This document shows positions 44,930-54,477 of a stretch of DNA of 64,000 nt, in pieces. Under the pieces are notes generated by a model, which searched no databases, was not told the origin of the DNA, and saw only the letters and a list, made by a program, of their open reading frames with translations. Position numbers and translations under genes: made by a program. The stretch is taken from NCBI GenBank assembly GCA_012799825.1, contig JAAZKK010000023.1:3953-67952 (forward strand), given 5' to 3'. Within the stretch, counting starts at the first letter, position 1. The number at the start of each line of letters is the position of its first letter. This DNA is from Clostridiaceae bacterium. GTDB lineage: Bacteria > Bacillota > Clostridia > Saccharofermentanales > DTU023.

Positions 44930-45769
44930 GTGGGGCCCGATCTATCCGTCCTTGAAAATCGTATAGGATATGTTGCGCAAGACAAGCGAGGTCTTGTTCT
45001 TGCGCTGACACATCCTTCTTTTGCTCATGAAAAACAAGATCGTTCCGCAAGCGGTGAACCGAGCGGCAACGCGCGGTATCGCGGTCAGCAAACCGCGTCA
45101 CTGCCCGATGTAAAGAGCTTTCAAAGTGTACAGTGTGAGGATGTTTTTCTCTCTCAGAATGACTCTTTTTCTGCCTTACAACATCAGGTTGCTCATAATC
45201 AGCGTCTTGAATTTTTAGGGGATGCCGTTTTACAGCTTGCCGTTTCGGCGTATTTTTATCGTTTGTATCCGGAAGCATCCGAAGGTGAAATGACGCGTTG
45301 GCGGACAGAAATCGTCCGAGAGGAGACACTTGTCCGTGTGGCGAAATCGCTTGACTTAGGCGCCTTTTTGCTTCTGGGGCGTGGCGAATCACTTTCGGGG
45401 GGCGCTGACAATCCTTCCAATTTGGCGGACGCCATGGAAGCGGTGCTGGGCGCTATTTATCTGGACGGTGGCTTTCAGGCGGCATCCGAGGTCGTTCGAC
45501 GTCTGTTTGAGCCCTATTTCAAGCAGGTACTTGAAGGCGGATTGTCGCGTGATTTCAAGAGTCGCGTCTATGAATGGGCGCAATCGAAATCAGGGATATC
45601 CATCACTTTTAGCGTGTTGGAGGAAACGGGACCTGAGCATGATCGCCGTTTTACAATAGGTCTTTTCGTGAACGGTGAGCTTCAGTCACAAGGTGAAGGT
45701 CATTCTAAGAAAGATGGCGAGCAACAGGCGTCGCGCATTTTTTTGATTCAAAAGCTGGAAACGGAATGA
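44930..45769 (+). CDS. rnc: Ribonuclease III (with ~45-aa insertion before the catalytic signature)
   Basis: It contains LALTHPSF, then NQRLEFLGDAVL, and a C-terminal dsRBD (DFKSRVYEWAQ.., GHSKKDGEQQAS). The rnc-smc-ftsY order is conserved. Confidence 0.88.
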   Translation: MGPDLSVLENRIGYVAQDKRGLVLALTHPSFAHEKQDRSASGEPSGNARYRGQQTASLPDVKSFQSVQCEDVFLSQNDSFSALQHQVAHNQRLEFLGDAVLQLAVSAYFYRLYPEASEGEMTRWRTEIVREETLVRVAKSLDLGAFLLLGRGESLSGGADNPSNLADAMEAVLGAIYLDGGFQAASEVVRRLFEPYFKQVLEGGLSRDFKSRVYEWAQSKSGISITFSVLEETGPEHDRRFTIGLFVNGELQSQGEGHSKKDGEQQASRIFLIQKLETE

Positions 45770-45776
45770 GATTGAT

Positions 45777-48700
45777 ATGCTGAAATCAGTAGAAATTCAA
45801 GGTTTTAAGTCTTTTCCGGATCCAACGTTGATTGAATTTCATGACGGTATCACAGCCGTTGTCGGTCCTAATGGCGCCGGCAAATCGAATATTGCCGATG
45901 CGATACGTTGGGTGCTGGGTGAACAAAGTGCCAAAACGTTGCGCGGCAGTCGGATGGAAGATGTGGTGTTCAACGGAACGGCGCAGCGCCGGCCCGTCAG
46001 CTTCGCAGAAGTGACGCTGACCTTGGACAATCAATCAGGCATCCTTCCGATCGAATATCAGACTGTTTCCATTACGCGCCGTTATTTTCGTTCAGGTGAA
46101 AGCGTTTATATGATCAACAAAACGCCTTGTCGTCTTAAAGATATCACTCGTTTAATCATGGATACCGGTATTGGCGTAGAAGGTTATTCGATTGTCGGTC
46201 AAGGCCGTGTAAATGAGATCTTGAGCGGCAATGCAGATGATCGCCGCGCCATTTTTGAAGAGGCGTCAGGTATCGGGTTGTACAAGACACGGAAATCGGA
46301 GTCCCTTCGTCGGCTTGAGCGAAGTGAGCAAAACCTCGTCCGCGTCGATGATATTTTGAATGAGTTGCACCAGCGCGAAGTGCCGCTTAGAAAACAGGCG
46401 GAGGACGCGCGGCATCATCTTGAACTTCGCAACCGCTATCGCGATATCGATGTCACGCTGACGTTGAAGCAACTAGAGAAGTATGAGCTTGAACGCGCCA
46501 AGGGTGAAGATGACGAGGCGATTCTCCATCTTGATCTCGAAGAAGCGTGGAAAGAGCGGGATGATGTTCGTCTGGCACAACGTGCGGTCATCGATCGCAG
46601 TGCCGCACTTGATAAAGCGCTTGAAGAAGCACAAGCGACCATCGCCGCGTTTTCGGTAGAAAAAACGCGATTGGCCGGAGAGGATGCGCTCCTCCGCGAA
46701 AAACTGGAATCCTCAAAAACGACGTCACAGCGGCTCCTCGAAGAAAAGAATCGTCTGACGCTTCGCCTTGTAGCGGTGGATCAGGAAATGGCGGAGCGCA
46801 AAAAACAAAAGCATTCTCTTGATGAGCGCAAGGTATCGCTTGAGGCAGCGTTTCGTGAAGCTTGTCAGGCACTCGACGCAGTCGACGCGGATTATGTCGT
46901 TTTAGGGCAACGTCTGCAAGAATCAATGCAAATGCGTGATGCGTTAAGTGAACGCATTGCCGCCTCTCAGGCGCTTTTGCAGGAGAGGCGCGGTGAAAAA
47001 CAAGCGCTTTCTGAACGTCTTCAGCAATTAGAGCGTGAGAAAAAAGATCTTGATGCCGATTGTCTGGAAAGACGTGATGATCTTCTTAAGCGCGATGAAG
47101 CGATTGAACAGCTCAGGACGCGCATTGAGAGTGACGAGCAGCGTGCCGATGATGCGCGCGCGCTGACTGAATCACTCCAAGACGAAGCTTCCGTCATCGA
47201 TCAGAACATTGCGTCCATTAGGAACAAGATCGATAAACTGACCTATGAAGCCGATACGCTTGATCGTTTGGAGGAGGCTTTTGAAGGTTACAACCGTCCC
47301 GTTAAACTCGTGATGGATGAAGTTAACCGGAGAGAAAGGCGACATGAAGTATTAGGTCCTTTGGCCTCACTGCTTGCCGTGCCGGAAGAACTGACGTTTG
47401 CGATCGAGACGGCGTTGGGCGGTGCCGCGAATGATCTTGTGTGTGACACGCGCGCAACAGCGGAGCGCTGGATTAACTGGCTCCGCGAGACGCGCGGCGG
47501 TCGCGCGACGTTTCTTCCGCTGGATGCGCTGAATCCTTATACGTTGAATCGTGAGACGCTCCTTTTGGCGGAGGGTGCGCAGGGATATCTCGGTGTAGCG
47601 GCCGATTTGGTGTCCTGTGACGACTCTGTTGTGCCCGCTCTGCGCATGGCGTTGGGACGTACGATGGTTGTGGAAACGCTTCGCGATGCGACCTCTTTGT
47701 CGGATCGCATTCATCGCGGATGCCGTATCGTGTCGCTTCAGGGAGATATTGTGCACCCTTCCGGTTCCATGACGGGAGGCTTTATGCCGACGAAGCCGAG
47801 AGGTCTTCTGGGGAGACCGGAACGCATTGCGGCAAAGCGCGCGGACATCAAAAGTTTAGAAGATCAACATAGGATCGAAAACGAGGCGCTTGATCGCGCA
47901 CGTCAAAAATTGAATGGTGTTGCGCGCGACGAGGAGCGTCTGCTACAAAAGCTGGCGGATGATCGGCGCCGCCTCATTCAACAATCTTCCGAGAAAGAGG
48001 GACTTACGGAGACGTTGCGTCGACTTGAGGCGCTACTTGACACGCGTTGCAAAGAGACATCGCTGACCTGCGAGCGCATTAAGAAGATCGAAGAAGCGGA
48101 AACAGCGCTTGTAGCGACGGTTGCTAGTGATCAGAAAGAACGCGATCGACTCGCTCAAGATATCGAGATACACAGTGAAGAAAGCCGTGAAAAATCCGAT
48201 TTGCGCGACGAAAAACGTGACACTCAGATCCGCCTTTCGGCATCCCTTGATGTCCTTGCGGAGCAGATTGCGTCTTTTGAGACGAGGGCACTGGAAAGCG
48301 ATCATGAAAAAATGGAAGCGACAGTACGATTGACCTCCATTGATCGTGAATTTGCGTCTCAGAGCGAAACGCTTGATCGCATGCGCAGGAATCTTGAAGA
48401 GAACGCGGTCAGACGCGAGAAGTTGGTAATCGATCACAGCAAAAAGGAGTCGGAATATAAAGCGTTGTTCGAAGAACGTGAGACGGTGACAGCGCGTCAA
48501 CAAAATCTCCTTGATGCGTATGAAGCGGCCAATGAGCGCGCGACGACGCTATTTGCCGCATACGAAAAACATCGCTCGGACATGACACGTTTAAGAGAAC
48601 AAAACGATGATTTGCTGAATCGACTTTGGGAGACGCATGGTCTGACAAAAGATGAATCGAAAGCGCATATCGTTGAAGTTGATTCCATCCGTCAAGCTAC

Positions 48701-49352
48701 CATAGAACGCAATGCGCTCAAAAAGGAAATCGATGCTTTAGGCCCCATCAATCAGAACGCGGTGGCAGACTACGAAGCGCTGATGGCGCGTCTTTCCCAT
48801 ATGGAAGAACAACGGAATGACATTGAAAACGCCGCGGAGAAGTTGCGCCTCATCGTCGAAGAACTTGATCAATCGATGCGTGAACAGTTTTCGAAGACAT
48901 TTCGCGATATCAATGAAAATTTCAGCCAAGTGTTCTCCGATCTTTTCTCCGGAGGACAAGCGGAGCTCATGCTGGAAGGCGATGAAGATGTATTGGAGGC
49001 CGAGATAGGCATTCGCGCACAACCGCCGGGCAAGAAATTGCAGCGGTTATCGCTTCTTTCGGGCGGTGAACGCTGCCTGACCGCCATCGCTTTGATTTTT
49101 GCGATTCTGAAACTAAAGCCGACACCCTTCTGTCTTTTTGACGAAGTTGAATCGGCGCTCGACGATGCCAACGTGGATCGATTTGCCGCTTATGTTCGGC
49201 GCTATGCGTGGAAAATGCAGTTTATTCTGATTACGCATCGCAAAGGCACCATGGCAGCTGCCGATCGACTTTACGGTGTTACCATGCAAGAACGTGGCAT
49301 CTCGCGCGTGCTTTCTTTGCAGCTTTCCTCCGCGCTGTCCTACGGCGACTGA
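45777..49352 (+). CDS. smc: Chromosome segregation protein SMC
   Basis: It has Walker A GPNGAGKSN, long coiled coils, a hinge, and the signature LSGGE. Walker B is LFDEVESALD. Length is 1191 aa. Confidence 0.96.
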   Translation: MLKSVEIQGFKSFPDPTLIEFHDGITAVVGPNGAGKSNIADAIRWVLGEQSAKTLRGSRMEDVVFNGTAQRRPVSFAEVTLTLDNQSGILPIEYQTVSITRRYFRSGESVYMINKTPCRLKDITRLIMDTGIGVEGYSIVGQGRVNEILSGNADDRRAIFEEASGIGLYKTRKSESLRRLERSEQNLVRVDDILNELHQREVPLRKQAEDARHHLELRNRYRDIDVTLTLKQLEKYELERAKGEDDEAILHLDLEEAWKERDDVRLAQRAVIDRSAALDKALEEAQATIAAFSVEKTRLAGEDALLREKLESSKTTSQRLLEEKNRLTLRLVAVDQEMAERKKQKHSLDERKVSLEAAFREACQALDAVDADYVVLGQRLQESMQMRDALSERIAASQALLQERRGEKQALSERLQQLEREKKDLDADCLERRDDLLKRDEAIEQLRTRIESDEQRADDARALTESLQDEASVIDQNIASIRNKIDKLTYEADTLDRLEEAFEGYNRPVKLVMDEVNRRERRHEVLGPLASLLAVPEELTFAIETALGGAANDLVCDTRATAERWINWLRETRGGRATFLPLDALNPYTLNRETLLLAEGAQGYLGVAADLVSCDDSVVPALRMALGRTMVVETLRDATSLSDRIHRGCRIVSLQGDIVHPSGSMTGGFMPTKPRGLLGRPERIAAKRADIKSLEDQHRIENEALDRARQKLNGVARDEERLLQKLADDRRRLIQQSSEKEGLTETLRRLEALLDTRCKETSLTCERIKKIEEAETALVATVASDQKERDRLAQDIEIHSEESREKSDLRDEKRDTQIRLSASLDVLAEQIASFETRALESDHEKMEATVRLTSIDREFASQSETLDRMRRNLEENAVRREKLVIDHSKKESEYKALFEERETVTARQQNLLDAYEAANERATTLFAAYEKHRSDMTRLREQNDDLLNRLWETHGLTKDESKAHIVEVDSIRQATIERNALKKEIDALGPINQNAVADYEALMARLSHMEEQRNDIENAAEKLRLIVEELDQSMREQFSKTFRDINENFSQVFSDLFSGGQAELMLEGDEDVLEAEIGIRAQPPGKKLQRLSLLSGGERCLTAIALIFAILKLKPTPFCLFDEVESALDDANVDRFAAYVRRYAWKMQFILITHRKGTMAAADRLYGVTMQERGISRVLSLQLSSALSYGD

Positions 49353-49379
49353 CAACAGACATTTTTAGAAAGGCGCCTT

Positions 49380-50291
49380 ATGAGTTTTTTCCAGAAGTTT
49401 AAAGAAGGACTTTCCAAAACGCGTGATTTCATTACGGCCCAGATCAATCGCATGGCTGCGGGGTTTGGCGTCTTCGACGATGATATGCTCGACGAACTTG
49501 AAATGACGCTCGTACAGGCGGACTGCGGTGTCACAGCGTCCATGGAAGCCATTGACGCCGTGCGCGAATACATCCGATCAACTGGTGATACTTCACGCGA
49601 AGGTGTGCTTCAGACGCTTGCCGAAACACTTCGCGCCATGATGGTCGAAAAGCATCTTGATCCGAAGCCCGGAGAATTGACCATTTTTCTCATGGTCGGC
49701 GTCAACGGAACAGGGAAGACGACGACATCGGCGAAAATGGCGCAACGCGCGAAAAATAACGGGCTTCGTGTCATTATGGCTGCCGCCGACACGTTTCGCG
49801 CTGCCGCCGTTGAACAGCTAAAAACATGGGGTGAACGCACTCAGACGGCCGTGATCGCGCATCAGACGGGATCCGATCCTGCAGCTGTTGTTTTTGACGC
49901 AATCAAGTCGGCACAGGCGCGAAATGCCGATATTTTGATAATCGATACGGCCGGTCGTCTTCACACAAAAAAGAACCTCATGGAAGAACTGGCAAAAATT
50001 CGTCGCGTTATAGGTCGAGAAGCGCCGGATGCCGTCCTTGAGACGCTTTTGGTCATCGATGCGACGACAGGTCAAAATGCAATTACGCAAGCGCGCGCCT
50101 TTCACGAGTCAACACCTCTTACAGGGCTCGTAATCACGAAACTCGACGGCAGCGCCAAAGGCGGTGTGGCCGTCGCTGTTGCTCGAGAAACCGGACTTCC
50201 GATTTGTCTTGCAGGATTCGGAGAACAAGTCGATGATCTGCAAGATTTTGATGCCGACCTTTTTGTCAAAGCGCTGTTGCCCGAATCTTAA
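49380..50291 (+). CDS. ftsY: Signal recognition particle receptor FtsY
   Basis: The NG domain contains GVNGTGKTTT, DTAGRL and TKLDGSAKGG. Confidence 0.95.
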   Translation: MSFFQKFKEGLSKTRDFITAQINRMAAGFGVFDDDMLDELEMTLVQADCGVTASMEAIDAVREYIRSTGDTSREGVLQTLAETLRAMMVEKHLDPKPGELTIFLMVGVNGTGKTTTSAKMAQRAKNNGLRVIMAAADTFRAAAVEQLKTWGERTQTAVIAHQTGSDPAAVVFDAIKSAQARNADILIIDTAGRLHTKKNLMEELAKIRRVIGREAPDAVLETLLVIDATTGQNAITQARAFHESTPLTGLVITKLDGSAKGGVAVAVARETGLPICLAGFGEQVDDLQDFDADLFVKALLPES

Positions 50292-50307
50292 CTGTCAACT
50301 TTTTTGC

Positions 50308-50336
50308 TTGACAGACGTCCTTGCCGTCGTTATACT
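50308..50336 (+). promoter_or_regulatory. Candidate sigma-A promoter of ylxM-ffh
   Basis: The sequence reads TTGACA, a 17-nt spacer, then TATACT. The -35 lies inside a small hairpin, ctgtcaa..ttgacag, just after the ftsY stop. Confidence 0.55.
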
Positions 50337-50343
50337 TGGCAAG

Positions 50344-50715
50344 ATGAACGAAGTACAAGTACAAATGCAAGACGATCGCACACGATGGTGTCTATTGCTT
50401 GATTACTATGGCGCTCTTTTGAGTCGACAGCAACATGAGGCTCTAAAGCATTACGTCGAGGATGATTTGTCTCTTTCGGAGATCGGCGATTTGTTAAAAA
50501 TCTCGCGACAGGGTGTGCATGATCTCATCCGGCGCGCGACGTGTCGCCTGTCATCCTATGAGGAACGTTTAGGCCTTGTACAGCGCGATCAAGAAATGTA
50601 CGACACGCTCTGCCACGCATCAAGGGCATTAGATGAAGGTGAGCATGATGTCGTAGAAAGAGATCTCCAAACCCTTGCCCATATCATTGGACTTGGCACT
50701 CTTAAATTAATTTAA
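50344..50715 (+). CDS. ylxM: YlxM/UPF0122 putative DNA-binding protein (sigma-70 region-4-like HTH)
   Basis: It contains LLDYYGALLSRQQHEALKHYVEDDLSLSEIGDLLKISRQGVHDLIRRA and sits in the conserved position upstream of ffh. The listed longer ORF (50164) overlaps ftsY. Confidence 0.85.
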   Translation: MNEVQVQMQDDRTRWCLLLDYYGALLSRQQHEALKHYVEDDLSLSEIGDLLKISRQGVHDLIRRATCRLSSYEERLGLVQRDQEMYDTLCHASRALDEGEHDVVERDLQTLAHIIGLGTLKLI

Positions 50716-50778
50716 ATGACATATTTTTCTAAGATTGAAGTGTACGGTTCAACCATTACTAAAAGATAAAGAGGCTCT

Positions 50779-52134
50779 ATGGCGATTTTTGAGAATTTAA
50801 GCTCGAGACTTACCAAAATTGTTGACGGTATGCGCGGCAAAAGTCGAGTGACGGATAAAGACATCACAGATATGATGCGCGAGATCCGTCTCGCTTTACT
50901 CGAAGCGGACGTCAACTACGAAGTCGTCCGCGACCTTTCGAAGGATATTCGTGAGAAGGCGCGCGGCGCAGACGTGATGCAAAGTCTGACGCCGGGTCAG
51001 CAAATTGTCAAAATAGTTCATGAAACGATCATTCAAATCCTCGGTGAACAGGAAAAACTGATCGTTTCTCCGACAGGTTTTACCGTAATCATGTTGTACG
51101 GCCTTCAAGGTACCGGCAAAACGACGACGGCTGCCAAACTGGCGAATTTCTTAAAAAAAGAGGGCAAAACCCCCATGTTGGTCTCTGTTGACGTGCATCG
51201 TCCTGCCGCGCAAGAACAGTTAAAGATTCTTGCCGATCAGGTGGGTGTTGAATGTTACATTGACCCTGACGAAAAGAGTGCCGCGAAAATCGCGAAAGAC
51301 GGCCAAGCGCGTGCGCGTTACATGATGTGCGATACGCTCATCGTGGACACGGCCGGCCGCATGACCGTTGACGAGGATCTGATGGCGGAACTGAAAAAAG
51401 TCAACGATGTCATAAAACCGGATGAAAAATTGCTGATTGTCGATGCCATGATCGGACAGGAAGCCGTCAGCATCGCACAATCATTTGAAGAGGAAATCGG
51501 CGTAACAGGATTTATCATGACGAAAGTCGACGGCGACGCGCGCGGAGGCGCAGCGCTTTCGATTCGCCGCATGACCGGCAAACCGATCAAAATGCTCGGC
51601 ACCGGTGAAAAAATAGAAGATCTCGAAGTATTCCATCCGGATCGTCTCGCTTCGCGCATCCTCGGCATGGGCGACGTTCTTACGTTGATTGAGAAAGCGT
51701 CGCAGGCCATCGACGAGGAGCAAGCTCGTAAAACGATGGAGAGTCTGCGCGCGAACCGTTTCACCATGCAGAATATGTTGGATCAGCTCGAACAAGTGCG
51801 CAATATGGGATCGATGAAAGATATGCTTGCCATGATGCCCGGCGTCGGAAAACAATTAGGAAATCTCGACGTCGATGAGACGGCACTTGACAGGACACGT
51901 GCCATCATTCAGTCGATGACGGTACGCGAACGCAATAATCCTAAACTTCTCAATGCTTCTAGACGACGCCGTGTCGCCGGCGGCAGCGGCGTAACAGTAC
52001 AGGAGGTCAATCGTGTCGTTCGGCAATACGACGACATGGTGAAAATGATGAAGCAGTTTGGTATGCTTGGCGGAGGCAAAAAACGAAAACGCCGCTCAAA
52101 GCGAGGTATGCCTTTTGGCGGATTCGGCTTTTAA
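50779..52134 (+). CDS. ffh: Signal recognition particle protein Ffh
   Basis: It contains GLQGTGKTTT, DTAGR and TKVDGDARGG. The Met-rich M domain and a basic C-terminus follow. Confidence 0.96.
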   Translation: MAIFENLSSRLTKIVDGMRGKSRVTDKDITDMMREIRLALLEADVNYEVVRDLSKDIREKARGADVMQSLTPGQQIVKIVHETIIQILGEQEKLIVSPTGFTVIMLYGLQGTGKTTTAAKLANFLKKEGKTPMLVSVDVHRPAAQEQLKILADQVGVECYIDPDEKSAAKIAKDGQARARYMMCDTLIVDTAGRMTVDEDLMAELKKVNDVIKPDEKLLIVDAMIGQEAVSIAQSFEEEIGVTGFIMTKVDGDARGGAALSIRRMTGKPIKMLGTGEKIEDLEVFHPDRLASRILGMGDVLTLIEKASQAIDEEQARKTMESLRANRFTMQNMLDQLEQVRNMGSMKDMLAMMPGVGKQLGNLDVDETALDRTRAIIQSMTVRERNNPKLLNASRRRRVAGGSGVTVQEVNRVVRQYDDMVKMMKQFGMLGGGKKRKRRSKRGMPFGGFGF

Positions 52135-52207
52135 TTTACGAACTTACATCAGGCTACAACCGGATGAAAGCATAAATATTAAAAAACATCCTTAGTGGAG
52201 GAAAAAA

Positions 52208-52453
52208 ATGGCAGTAAAAATTCGACTCAAACGCATTGGCAAGAAAAAACAGCCTTACTATCGCGTCGTCGTCGCGGATGCGCGTTTTCCGCGCGATGGC
52301 CGCACAATCGAAGAGATCGGCACGTACAACCCTCATACCGATCCATCAACTCTGACGGTAGATGAACAGAAAGTAAAAGACTGGATCAGCAAAGGAGCTC
52401 AGCCTACCGATACCGTCAAAAAGCTGTTAAAGTACAACGGCATTTTGGAGTAG
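52208..52453 (+). CDS. rpsP: 30S ribosomal protein S16
   Basis: The protein begins [38 protein letters not shown]. Confidence 0.96.
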   Translation: MAVKIRLKRIGKKKQPYYRVVVADARFPRDGRTIEEIGTYNPHTDPSTLTVDEQKVKDWISKGAQPTDTVKKLLKYNGILE

Positions 52454-52456
52454 TCT

Positions 52457-52687
52457 ATGGAAGCATTATTGCGATCCGTCATTGAACCGCTCATTCTGAA
52501 TCCTGAAGAACTTGAGATTCGTATGGATGTTCGCGGCCACGAGGTCAATCTGACTGTTTCTGCCAACCCGGATGATGTCGGAAGGATTATCGGCCGCGGC
52601 GGCCGCCGTGCGCAGTCCATCCGTTCGATCATGAAAGCCAAGGGCGCCATGGAGAATAAGCGCGTCAACGTTGAGATTCTTTCGTAA
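52457..52687 (+). CDS. KH-domain RNA-binding protein (YlqC family)
   Basis: This 76-aa protein has the GRIIGRGGR KH motif. It sits in the conserved position between rpsP and rimM. Confidence 0.88.
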   Translation: MEALLRSVIEPLILNPEELEIRMDVRGHEVNLTVSANPDDVGRIIGRGGRRAQSIRSIMKAKGAMENKRVNVEILS

Positions 52688-52703
52688 CAAAAGGAATAAA
52701 ACG

Positions 52704-53270
52704 ATGAGACAGCCGTATCTCATTATTGCGCGCGTTAAACGAGCTCACGGTGTCAGAGGAGAAGTGTACGCGGACATTCTCACCGATGACGACGAGCGCT
52801 TTTATCCCGGGCTTCAGGTTTTTCTGTTTTCTCATGAACGCATTGGGAATCAACGGCCGGTGGGCAAATTGACCATCGAACAGGTTCGCTACGGTCCGTC
52901 CGGTTTGCTTCTATTCTTTGAGGAATGTGACAGCAGGGAAGAGGCCGCGAAATACAGCGGACTTTATCTTGCCGTGCGCCGTGAAGACGCGCTCCCGTTG
53001 CGTGACGAGACTGAGTTCTATGTCGGTGAACTCCTCGGCGCATCGGTTTATGATGACGTCCGAGGATTCTTGGGCGTCATTGCCTCGGTCGATACCATCG
53101 GCTCTTCCACCGTTATTGCTGTGCGAGATCCCGGGAAAAGAGACTTATACATTCCCTTCCGAGAAATATATTTTCGTCAAATCGATATCGATGCCGACCG
53201 CATCGACGTCACCCTTCCCCCGGATCTATACGGGCTTTACCGTGGAGAGAACAACGAGAAGGAGACGTAG
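52704..53270 (+). CDS. rimM: 16S rRNA processing protein RimM
   Basis: It contains IARVKRAHGVRGEV and a C-terminal PRC barrel. The start at 52704 has an aaaggaa RBS. Confidence 0.9.
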   Translation: MRQPYLIIARVKRAHGVRGEVYADILTDDDERFYPGLQVFLFSHERIGNQRPVGKLTIEQVRYGPSGLLLFFEECDSREEAAKYSGLYLAVRREDALPLRDETEFYVGELLGASVYDDVRGFLGVIASVDTIGSSTVIAVRDPGKRDLYIPFREIYFRQIDIDADRIDVTLPPDLYGLYRGENNEKET

Positions 53271-53275
53271 ACGAG

Positions 53276-53359
53276 ATGATCGCGATCACTCTTTTATCGT
53301 TTTCTCATGAACACATTGTGAATGTGTTGCGGAGCAACATCATCGGGCACGTTGCGTGA
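53276..53359 (+). pseudogene. Degenerate duplicate of the first ~85 nt of trmD (27-codon ORF MIAITLLSFSHEHIVNVLRSNIIGHVA)
   Basis: By-eye alignment of 53276-53362 to 53372-53460 gives roughly 70% identity with 2-3 indels. Shared blocks include ATGATC.CG, CTTTT.TCG, GAACA, CATCA.CGGGC.CG and CGTGAAGG. Confidence 0.6.
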
Positions 53360-53371
53360 AGGGGGAATGAC

Positions 53372-54325
53372 ATGATCACGTTTACGCTTTTGTCGCTTTT
53401 TCCGGAACAGGTATTGGACGCATTGCAACACAGCATCACCGGGCGCGCGTTACGTGAAGGCCATATCAAGATTCGTCCTGTCCAAATTCGCGATTTTGCG
53501 ATTAATGACTACGGTCAAGTCGATGACGCTCCTTACGGCGGCGGACGCGGCATGCTCATGATGTGTGAGCCGATCTATCGCGCTTGGGAAAAAGCGCGCG
53601 CCGATATTTTGGAAGAACTGAATGCGACGTACATGAACTCGACACGCACGGACGCGCAGTTCGCACCCCAAAATAGTATTGAGACGAAAGGAACGCCGCA
53701 GAACGTATCATGCGACAGCGACTCGAATCATTCCCAGGCTCTTGCTGTTTTTCAAGATTTGTCAAAAGAAGTATCGTGTAGGAACGGTTCGATCGATGAC
53801 TGCGACGCGGCATCTTGTCCAAACACTCAAAGCTTTCGAACGATATTTCTTTCACCGAAAGGGCGAGTGTTTAATCAGCATATAGCGCTCGAACTTTCAA
53901 AGACATCGAATGTGATCTTGCTCTGCGGTCATTACGAAGGCGTTGATTGTCGAGTATTGGACGCGATCGGCGCCGAGGAAGTGTCGATCGGCGACTTTAT
54001 TTTGACGGGCGGAGAGCTTGCCGCCGCCGTCATCATTGATGCGATCACACGCTTGATCCCTGGAGTCTTGCCCGATGAAGACGCTTGGCAGCGTGAATCA
54101 TTCGCTTCTCATTTCCTTGAAGAGCCTCAATATACACGTCCTTCAGAGTGGAGAGAGCGTTCCGTGCCGGATGTGCTCTTATCAGGACATGCTGCGAATA
54201 TTGAAAAGGCTCGGAGGCGTATGCGCCTTTTGGAGACACTCAAAAAGAGACCTGATCAACTGCAGGGAAAAAAGATTGACGCGTCACTTTTAGAGGATCT
54301 TGCCGCAGCTCTCCTAGACGAGTAA
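53372..54325 (+). CDS. trmD: tRNA (guanine37-N1)-methyltransferase TrmD (with ~65-aa insertion)
   Basis: It contains LLSLFPE, DDAPYGGGRGMLMM, FLSPKG, LCGHYEGVD, SIGDFILTGGE and LSGHAANI. At 317 aa it is longer than the usual ~245. Confidence 0.92.
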   Translation: MITFTLLSLFPEQVLDALQHSITGRALREGHIKIRPVQIRDFAINDYGQVDDAPYGGGRGMLMMCEPIYRAWEKARADILEELNATYMNSTRTDAQFAPQNSIETKGTPQNVSCDSDSNHSQALAVFQDLSKEVSCRNGSIDDCDAASCPNTQSFRTIFLSPKGRVFNQHIALELSKTSNVILLCGHYEGVDCRVLDAIGAEEVSIGDFILTGGELAAAVIIDAITRLIPGVLPDEDAWQRESFASHFLEEPQYTRPSEWRERSVPDVLLSGHAANIEKARRRMRLLETLKKRPDQLQGKKIDASLLEDLAAALLDE

Positions 54326-54409
54326 GGGTCTGACTGCGTTAAATTGCGCCGTGCCGTACCGCTGGCGTGCTCTCCCAGACGAGTAAGGTTCTGCCGCGCG
54401 CTTTAAATT
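54308..54409. repeat. Imperfect ~40-bp direct repeat (period 61 bp) duplicating the trmD stop region
   Basis: Copy A is gctctcctagacgagtaagggtctgactgcgttaaatt at 54308-54345. Copy B is gctctcccagacgagtaaggttctgccgcgcgctttaaatt at 54369-54409. Confidence 0.75.
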
Positions 54410-54477
54410 CGTCTGAATCGTACTCATTCTCTATTAACGGCTCAAACGGCTCAGCGAGAAACTCTCGGGGGGCGGCG

